A DNA stretch of 64,000 nt, taken from IMG/VR virus record IMGVR_UViG_3300005841_000939. One strand, written 5' to 3'. Both the position numbers and the translations under genes were made by a program. Source of the stretch: a virus (taxonomy: Duplodnaviria > Caudoviricetes). The notes under the pieces were generated by a model, which saw nothing but the letters and a program-made list of their open reading frames with translations, was not told the origin of the DNA and did not search any database. Below are positions 57,728 through 64,000 of this stretch, in pieces (the stretch's first letter is position 1; every line of letters starts with the position of its first letter).

Positions 57728-58618
57728 ATGGGTTCATTTTCCGTTAGATGCTTATTTACAAATGTGCAAATAGATCATTATGATCACTGTGTAGCGATCC
57801 CGATATGTGCTGACAAATTTTCCAGAGATACTTTTTCTGACATGATAACCCGTGTCGGTGATTATTGGCGCCCTGCTGGATTACCATTATATGGAAAATA
57901 TAATGATTATGGGTCTATTGACTCTGATATGAGCAATATAACAAAATCAAATGAAGTTTTTAATAAAAAATTGTTTGATACTGACGAATTAGAGTTTAGA
58001 CGTAAATGGTTAGTTAATATTGATTATTCTACAATAAAACTCATTGATGAACCTGAATATAATTCTGAGGAACACGCTAAACTATTAGAAAATCATTGTG
58101 ATATTACTTGGGCATTTATCCATAAAGATGTATGGGATGAAAAAATGAAAGGTGTTGATGAAGTTTTAAAAAATTTCACAAAATCAATTGATAAATTTGT
58201 AAAAAACTATACACCAGGTAAACACCATGAAGAGTTTCCTGGGATGATAAAAGATAATTACTTAATGTCGTTAGATGATGATACAGAAACAAGACTTTTT
58301 TATTGGATGTTTGAAGAACAACAACGATATTATACATTTTTGAAGATGGAAATTTTTGAGATTTTTGGAAAATTCGTTTTAGATGTATATAAAAATATTA
58401 AAACTATTGATCAAATGCCAAATGAATTGATTGAATTTATAAAAATTCAGCAAATGCATGATGCCTTAGGAGGAATTGGAAAATTTTGGTTTGCAACTTC
58501 TGTATTAGGTGAACAATTTCCTTCTTCAGAATCTATGGATTATGAAATAAGAATGAATATGCTGGCAATTAAAATAATGCTTGATAAAATTCAAAGAAAT
58601 AAAGAATTTGAAGAATAA
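57728..58618 (+). CDS. Hypothetical protein
   Basis: ORF. Confidence 0.75.
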   Translation: MGSFSVRCLFTNVQIDHYDHCVAIPICADKFSRDTFSDMITRVGDYWRPAGLPLYGKYNDYGSIDSDMSNITKSNEVFNKKLFDTDELEFRRKWLVNIDYSTIKLIDEPEYNSEEHAKLLENHCDITWAFIHKDVWDEKMKGVDEVLKNFTKSIDKFVKNYTPGKHHEEFPGMIKDNYLMSLDDDTETRLFYWMFEEQQRYYTFLKMEIFEIFGKFVLDVYKNIKTIDQMPNELIEFIKIQQMHDALGGIGKFWFATSVLGEQFPSSESMDYEIRMNMLAIKIMLDKIQRNKEFEE

Positions 58619-58627
58619 AGAGAAATT

Positions 58628-59119
58628 ATGAGAAAAACTGATAAATATTATTTCTTTTATAAACATATTTTAGGCCAATGGCACAAGTTTGATTTTACTG
58701 TTGAAGGTATAACATTCAATTGCCCTGAACAATGGATGATGTACCAAAAAGCAATTCTTTTTAATGATCAAGCTTCTGCTGACAAAATACTTTTAGAAAA
58801 ACATTCATATCAACAGCAACAACTTGGTAGAACTGTTAAAGGTTACAAGCAAGATAAATGGGATGCTTACAAATTTGAAATTGTTAAACAAGGTAATTTA
58901 CATCGTTTTAGAGCAGATGAAGAAGGTAGAAAAGTTCTTTTTTCTACCGCTCCACTGATTCTTGTTGAAGCTTCACCTGTAGATCGTGTTTGGGGTATTG
59001 GATTGGGTGAAGGAGATCCATTAGCTGATGATGAAAATAATTGGCGTGGATCAAATCTTCTTGGTAAAGCATTGACTGAAGTTAGAACTATATTGATGAA
59101 AGAATATGGTGCAGTATGA
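58628..59119 (+). CDS. NADAR-family hydrolase
   Basis: LGQW, EQWMMYQKA.LF.D, LGR.V, LVEASPVDRVWGIG, G.NLLGK.L..VR. Confidence 0.92.
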   Translation: MRKTDKYYFFYKHILGQWHKFDFTVEGITFNCPEQWMMYQKAILFNDQASADKILLEKHSYQQQQLGRTVKGYKQDKWDAYKFEIVKQGNLHRFRADEEGRKVLFSTAPLILVEASPVDRVWGIGLGEGDPLADDENNWRGSNLLGKALTEVRTILMKEYGAV

Positions 59120-59349
59120 GTGACGCAGATGCAAAAATAAGAGAGATTGATTATTTTGTTAGACAGATTGGGGTAGATGAATGGCTGAAATTTGCCAAAG
59201 AATTTACTTGTGATAATAAAAAAATTGAAAAGTTTATTAAATCAGTTTCTCCACAAGATATTTCAAAGATATATGGCCCGGGATTTAAATCATCATATTC
59301 CTCAGGTTATCAAAATGGCTTTAATGATGGTTTACACGCAGGAGAATAA
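59116..59349 (+). CDS. Hypothetical protein
   Basis: ATGA overlap. Confidence 0.6.
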   Translation: MSDADAKIREIDYFVRQIGVDEWLKFAKEFTCDNKKIEKFIKSVSPQDISKIYGPGFKSSYSSGYQNGFNDGLHAGE

Positions 59350-59351
59350 AT

Positions 59352-59786
59352 ATGATAAGTTATGTTTTAGGCTTTGCATTTTCAAGTAATGAAAATGATG
59401 TATTATTAATTCAGAAAATCAAACCAAAGTGGCAAAATGGTAAACTGAATGGAATTGGTGGCAAAGTTGAAGAAGGTGAAACTTCCAAATTTGCGATGGT
59501 TCGTGAATTCAACGAAGAAGTTGCATTAACAACAACTGAAGATGATTGGAGTCACGAATTAACTATGCGTGGCGTTGAATCTGGCTTTAATGTTGATGTA
59601 TTTTCAATGTTCAGCGATAATATTTACAACTTTAAGCATGTTGAAGCTGAAATTCCTTTTATATTTTCAGTTGATGCGTTGGCGCAATCGGATAAAGTTC
59701 TTCTCAATTTGAAATGGTTGATTCCATTGATTCTTGATCATGAATGGAGCCGAATTGGTCATCGTCCAATTATTCCATATAGATAA
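59352..59786 (+). CDS. NUDIX hydrolase
   Basis: GGKVEEGET...AMVREFNEEVAL Nudix box. Confidence 0.9.
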   Translation: MISYVLGFAFSSNENDVLLIQKIKPKWQNGKLNGIGGKVEEGETSKFAMVREFNEEVALTTTEDDWSHELTMRGVESGFNVDVFSMFSDNIYNFKHVEAEIPFIFSVDALAQSDKVLLNLKWLIPLILDHEWSRIGHRPIIPYR

Positions 59787-59788
59787 CC

Positions 59789-59816
59789 TTGACTTGTGTT
59801 TTATTTAATTTAGAGT
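59789..59816 (+). promoter_or_regulatory. Promoter TTGACT-N16-TAGAGT, 6 nt before the ATG (probably leaderless)
   Basis: Spacer counted by hand. Confidence 0.7.
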
Positions 59817-59822
59817 TATAAG

Positions 59823-60593
59823 ATGGAGCTTCCACTACACCCAATCACTAAGCGTTTTTACGGCAACTGGACTGTTCATGGTCCTGATGGCGTATTTATG
59901 TTCAAATGTGATGCCAAAAAAGCAAAATGGTATCTTAGTCGGAATTTAGCAGCCGATATGGGTGGCAATATTATTCAATTGAATTTTACTCCTAAGGGAA
60001 GTGGAAAAGTTGAGGCATGCCCATACTTCCAGGAATTTAGAGAAAATCAATGTGTAGTGTGCGGGGCTAAGGAAGACCTGACTCGCCATCACGTAGTTCC
60101 TAAAGCCTTCCGTTCACATATGCTGGACCTAGCATCACATGATTCATATGATGTCTTGATGGTTTGTATCAATTGCCATGAAAAGGTGGAGCATACATAC
60201 ACTGATCAGAAAAAGATTTTGGCAAAGAGTATCAAGTGGGATCGTAAAAAGAAATCCGATGAAGATCGTAGAAAAGATCGGATTTCAAGCCTGATTGCTG
60301 GGTATCAGAAATACTCTTCGCAAATTCCTATGTACAAAAAAGCAGCGATGCTTGAGGAATTACATGCTTTGACTGGTGGGAAAATTGAATCCTTCAAAGA
60401 TATTCTTGAAACAAAGAATGAAAAGTCAAGTTGGTATGATGATGACTTCCCTTACCAGGATATTTTAGCAGTTCAGCCTGATCGCAAACAATTTATTGTT
60501 ATGTGGCGTAAGCTGTTTTTAGAAGCAGCAAAGCCTAAGTTTCTTAGTCAATCATGGATTGATTGTCACGAAACATATTTTATGGACTCTTGA
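59823..60593 (+). CDS. HNH-like nuclease resembling the EXD2 C-terminal domain
   Basis: PDG..CD.KKA.WYL, CVVCG..RHHVVP, SHD..DVLMVCINCH, WRKLFL...P.FL...W. Confidence 0.75.
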   Translation: MELPLHPITKRFYGNWTVHGPDGVFMFKCDAKKAKWYLSRNLAADMGGNIIQLNFTPKGSGKVEACPYFQEFRENQCVVCGAKEDLTRHHVVPKAFRSHMLDLASHDSYDVLMVCINCHEKVEHTYTDQKKILAKSIKWDRKKKSDEDRRKDRISSLIAGYQKYSSQIPMYKKAAMLEELHALTGGKIESFKDILETKNEKSSWYDDDFPYQDILAVQPDRKQFIVMWRKLFLEAAKPKFLSQSWIDCHETYFMDS

Positions 60594-60617
60594 AATGAGC
60601 TAACGTTGCGATAGAAT
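60590..60617 (+). promoter_or_regulatory. Promoter TTGAAA-N16-TAGAAT overlapping the TGA stop
   Basis: Spacer counted by hand. Confidence 0.65.
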
Positions 60618-60627
60618 CTGGCGCAAC

Positions 60628-60933
60628 ATGAAGTTTTCCATAAAAATACCATTAAATAATATAGGTTTAAGACAAATAGAAGTCGTTAATATTTTAGGTT
60701 ATTATATAATCTTTAGAAGAAATTTCTTTGGCTTTTGGGTGTATGTAAGTGTCATTGATTTTGCAAAAATGGTATCATTTTTTGATGGTAATAATTTAGC
60801 AACAAAAGAAATATGCAGAGAAATGCATCCTACGGAATGGGGTGCTTGGTTTTCTAGTGAAAAATCAGCAAGAACTACTGCAAGATACTGGATTAAATGG
60901 AAGCGCCTTACAAGAAAAGGAAAGAAAAAATGA
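60628..60933 (+). CDS. Hypothetical protein
   Basis: ORF. Confidence 0.6.
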   Translation: MKFSIKIPLNNIGLRQIEVVNILGYYIIFRRNFFGFWVYVSVIDFAKMVSFFDGNNLATKEICREMHPTEWGAWFSSEKSARTTARYWIKWKRLTRKGKKK

Positions 60934-61421
60934 ACAACACCATGATAGAAACAAAAGAAAATTCCCAAATACAACTTGGTAGAATAGAAAAACCAACAAC
61001 AATTATTCAATTTACAACAGAAACACTTACACCAAAATTTTTCCATTATGTAAAAGATGCAACTAGATTGCATGCATATGAATGTGTTAATACAAAGTGC
61101 TATTTGTGTGATAAAGCTAAAGAATTAATTCGGTCGCAAAACTATATTGAACGTGATGAAGGTAAAATGCTTTTTAGAAAAGCAACAACCTACGCTGATG
61201 TAAAAATTGATGGCAAGTTGATTAAACTTCGCATACCTAATCCAATTGTTAGGCTGATTGATAAAACTTTAATCAGAAATGATTACAATAAGTTTAGAAA
61301 GACTTTATTGAATAAAAAGAAATTTGTTATTCTTATGGATCGTTCTCATGGCCCATATCCTGAATATACTGGATATTTCTTAAACCGTGATGGTACTAGA
61401 TTCAAAGGTCGTTCAGAATGA
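60930..61421 (+). CDS. Hypothetical protein
   Basis: ATGA overlap at 60930; CxxxxCxxC. Confidence 0.65.
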   Translation: MNNTMIETKENSQIQLGRIEKPTTIIQFTTETLTPKFFHYVKDATRLHAYECVNTKCYLCDKAKELIRSQNYIERDEGKMLFRKATTYADVKIDGKLIKLRIPNPIVRLIDKTLIRNDYNKFRKTLLNKKKFVILMDRSHGPYPEYTGYFLNRDGTRFKGRSE

Positions 61422-61816
61422 AACAAGTCTACATAGTTCGTAAAGATTTGAATATGCGCAAGGGAAAAATTGCTGCGCAATGTTCACATGCCGCAGAAAA
61501 TGTTTTGACTAGTTCAATGACTATAACAACTGATGAAAATGGTAATTCATTTTACATTCAGAAGATACCATTAAGTCCTCAACGTGTTGAATGGTCTAAA
61601 GATAATACCAAGAAAAAGATCACAGTTTCAGTAGATTCAGAAGCTGAAATGGATGCAATTCGTCAAAAGGCTGCTGATCTTGGTATGGAACATTATCAAG
61701 TTATTGATCACGGTTTGACTGAATTTCATGGGGTTCATACCAAAACAGTCTTAGTAATTGGACCTTGGGATGATGCTGTTGTTGATACATTAACTGGACA
61801 TTTACCTTTATTATGA
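61418..61816 (+). CDS. pth2: Peptidyl-tRNA hydrolase, Pth2 (archaeal/eukaryotic) type
   Basis: VRKDL.M.KGKIAAQCSHA, KKITV, IDHGLTE, T.LVIGP, VD.LTGHLPLL. Confidence 0.93.
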   Translation: MKQVYIVRKDLNMRKGKIAAQCSHAAENVLTSSMTITTDENGNSFYIQKIPLSPQRVEWSKDNTKKKITVSVDSEAEMDAIRQKAADLGMEHYQVIDHGLTEFHGVHTKTVLVIGPWDDAVVDTLTGHLPLL

Positions 61817-62082
61817 ATAATATTGATTACTCTAAATTAAAAAATGAACCTATATTAGCAGTTAAATGCGATATTTGTGGGCAGTTGCATGAAGCTGAAA
61901 GTAATAAATTCGTAACAATACATGGAAATATTACTGTTGGGCTTGGTGGTGGTATTATTGGAAATAATTTTGATAAAGACGGGCATTTATTCAGACAATT
62001 TATTTTCTGTGATACAAGAGATTGCATGCAAAAATTTATTGATAAAATTAATTTATCAAAACACGATTTTGAAGATAATTAA
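61813..62082 (+). CDS. Hypothetical Cys-containing protein
   Basis: CDICG..CDTRDC. Confidence 0.65.
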   Translation: MNNIDYSKLKNEPILAVKCDICGQLHEAESNKFVTIHGNITVGLGGGIIGNNFDKDGHLFRQFIFCDTRDCMQKFIDKINLSKHDFEDN

Positions 62083-62568
62083 ATGAGAAAAGATTATAAA
62101 ATTTATAGTGTGGATACTCAGAATAAATGTACAAAATGCATTGATGATACATTCTTTCCTTATGATAACAGTGTTGTTTGTATTCATTGTAAAAATACTA
62201 GAATTGAACCTGTACATCCATTTAAATTTATAAGAGTTCAACATCACGGTAAAACGCTTGATGCGACTTTTGAAACATTTACTAACAATGATGATAAATT
62301 TTTAGTAAGATTTTCTGGTAATGATGGTACACATTTGATTGGCAGTTATGCTGATTGGTTTTATTATGTCGGAGAGAATTCAGTTGAAATTCAAGGAATA
62401 CGTTGGCGAGTAATAAAAGTTTTTGGTCAAACAACTGAGTTTAAATATCGCAGAAGACAACTTTTAAGGTCACGAATAGTAGAATTGGAACAAAAAATAT
62501 CAGAAACATATAACGAATTGAGTTTTTTCAAAGATGCGTTTAACAGATTAGAAAAATCATTTAAATAA
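62083..62568 (+). CDS. Hypothetical protein with N-terminal CxxC pairs
   Basis: CTKC..CIHC. Confidence 0.65.
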   Translation: MRKDYKIYSVDTQNKCTKCIDDTFFPYDNSVVCIHCKNTRIEPVHPFKFIRVQHHGKTLDATFETFTNNDDKFLVRFSGNDGTHLIGSYADWFYYVGENSVEIQGIRWRVIKVFGQTTEFKYRRRQLLRSRIVELEQKISETYNELSFFKDAFNRLEKSFK

Positions 62569-62576
62569 GAATACAC

Positions 62577-62822
62577 ATGATAAAAAAGATGTTAATAATT
62601 GAATGGCCCTATATTAAAAACACAGAGCTTAAAGAATTGATAAGCGAGCAATGCGAAGAATCATCTAATGGTAGTTTTCATAGACTATATTTTGATGATT
62701 CAAATGCCCAAATTGCAAATCTTTTAAAAGAAGAATATCCTGATCACGCTGATGCATTTCCAATAAGTGAAGAAGATCAGAAAGATGATGCATTAGAAGT
62801 TGCTGTTCATTTTTGGTGGTAA
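62577..62822 (+). CDS. Hypothetical protein
   Basis: ORF. Confidence 0.6.
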   Translation: MIKKMLIIEWPYIKNTELKELISEQCEESSNGSFHRLYFDDSNAQIANLLKEEYPDHADAFPISEEDQKDDALEVAVHFWW

Positions 62823-63074
62823 ATGATAATTCAATTTAAACAAGAAGGAAAAAAGAATTCAGTTTCAATAAATTTTAAAACTTTACGTTGCAAATGGCAC
62901 ACTGATAATTTAAGATATGTTGCTGAAACAAATGGTAATGTTTTAGGATTTGTTGACGATTTGCTTGATTTGATTGTCTCTGATTATAAACTGGAGTTCA
63001 ATTTACCAGCAACAGATGAACAAATTGCTAAAATTCGTCAAGAAATAATAAATTTTTATAGTGAGAATATATGA
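62823..63074 (+). CDS. Hypothetical protein
   Basis: ORF. Confidence 0.6.
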   Translation: MIIQFKQEGKKNSVSINFKTLRCKWHTDNLRYVAETNGNVLGFVDDLLDLIVSDYKLEFNLPATDEQIAKIRQEIINFYSENI

Positions 63075-63445
63075 AAATAGGATATTTTAATTCAATTATT
63101 CGCTATTGCCCAACTGAAGGTAAAGAAAAAGAATTCATAGAAATTATGAATTCTGAATTTTTAATTATTGGAAACATGGCATCTTCCAGAAATTTTGCAT
63201 TAGGTGATGAAATTTCTGAATTTTTATCAGAGCATGGACCGTTTGGTGATTATATATTGCAAGATGTTATAAAAAATAAAGATAAAGAAATTTATTTTAG
63301 TTTTTCAGGATCAATTGTATATGAAACTCATAGGACATGGGATGACATTTTAGAAGCAGAAATATATGTTGAAGACGACAAATATGAATTATTATCTGAT
63401 AAAGAAACTCAAGACTTTTTGCATTTTTTAAATTCTGAGGGATAA
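63071..63445 (+). CDS. Hypothetical protein
   Basis: ORF. Confidence 0.6.
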   Translation: MKIGYFNSIIRYCPTEGKEKEFIEIMNSEFLIIGNMASSRNFALGDEISEFLSEHGPFGDYILQDVIKNKDKEIYFSFSGSIVYETHRTWDDILEAEIYVEDDKYELLSDKETQDFLHFLNSEG

Positions 63446-63517
63446 AACGAAAATTAGTTGTAGTGATAGTTTTTAATAATAAAATATTATCATTAACCAC
63501 TGTTATAAGAATTAAAA

Positions 63518-63895
63518 ATGACAAAAGTCACTAAAACAGCTAAACCCACAAGAAAATATCTAATCACGTATTCTGATAATTGGGCAGATGAAATGGATAT
63601 AGAGGGATTTGGAATATGTGAATCGGATTCCAAACTTAATATTGATGAATATCTCAGTGATTTTAAACACGGTTTCAAAATTGCTGGTAGTTTTATATAT
63701 TGTATAGGAACTAATGAAGAAATTGAATATGATTCTTTTGAAGATTTTAAATCAAAGTTTACTATCAAAGAAATTACAGATGAACAGTATAAAGTTTTAT
63801 ATAAATTAAACATCCCAACGGGGTTCTTTCCTGAACCAAGGGATGAGTGGTATGATGATAATGAAAACCTACTTGATAAGTTGGAGGAATACTAA
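63518..63895 (+). CDS. Hypothetical protein with DNWADEMD motif
   Basis: ORF. Confidence 0.7.
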   Translation: MTKVTKTAKPTRKYLITYSDNWADEMDIEGFGICESDSKLNIDEYLSDFKHGFKIAGSFIYCIGTNEEIEYDSFEDFKSKFTIKEITDEQYKVLYKLNIPTGFFPEPRDEWYDDNENLLDKLEEY

Positions 63896-64000
63896 TGTCA
63901 GACGAAACTAAATATTTAGTGATATATGCCGATAATTGGGCAGATGAAATGGATGTTGAAGGTTCTAGGATTTTTGAATCAAAAACTGAATTGGATAAAT
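63895..64000 (+). CDS. 3'-partial paralog of the preceding gene
   Basis: YLVIYADNWADEMDVEG versus YLITYSDNWADEMDIEG. Confidence 0.75.
   Translation, partial: MSDETKYLVIYADNWADEMDVEGSRIFESKTELDK

Noticed and set aside
59823-60593. Mobile HNH homing endonuclease
   Set aside because: No NUMOD or DNA-binding repeats; whole-length colinearity with the EXD2 domain.
111-63813. Short antisense or alternate-frame ORFs in the track (e.g. 111-341, 2387-2626, 4991-5714, 9470-9739, 20936-21250, 33606-34028, 60702-61073)
   Set aside because: They lie within well-supported genes, have no SD or motifs, and look like shadow ORFs.
1-64000. CRISPR array or tRNA genes
   Set aside because: No regularly spaced repeats or cloverleaf with T-loop/CCA were seen by eye; tRNAscan was not run.
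1-64000. Giant eukaryotic virus (NCLDV) origin because of eukaryote-like RNR, Pth2, GT29, UXS
   Set aside because: gp55, RegA, gp32, gp45/44/62, UvsX, SD sequences and sigma70-type promoters indicate a T4-like bacteriophage.
1-64000. Stop-codon reassignment
   Set aside because: Core genes are full length under code 11 and end in TAA, TGA or TAG.

Overview
This is a 64 kb segment of an AT-rich, T4-like jumbo tailed phage. The core is an intact T4-type replication/transcription set: gp46/47, gp55 late sigma, gp43, UvsX, gp41, gp59-like, gp32, topoisomerase gp39/60 and gp52, gp45/44/62, RegA and gp61, plus class Ia NrdAB and GroES. Four accessory systems are woven into it. (1) A 7-deazaguanine pathway (FolE, TGT/DpdA-like, DpdL-type QueD paralog, QueE, a distant QueC-like gene) whose core is co-clustered with three glycosyltransferases, an MDR dehydrogenase and a HAD phosphatase. 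(2) An orphan PvuII-like endonuclease; a line-by-line scan by eye found no CAGCTG site in the window. (3) A 13 kb convergent glycan island with about 9 transferases, 2 methyltransferases, GDP-colitose and UDP-xylose synthesis, plus dTDP-rhamnose genes elsewhere. (4) Late-promoter genes resembling injected effectors (ART, metallopeptidase, pyrophosphatase-like). Intergenic promoters repeatedly show a TTG/TTTA-N16-TANNNT layout, often overlapping the upstream TGA stop. The last 10 kb are small early-type genes (NADAR, NUDIX, SLOG, Pth2, EXD2-like HNH, YqhA). All family calls come from motifs recognised by eye and from memory; no searches were run.
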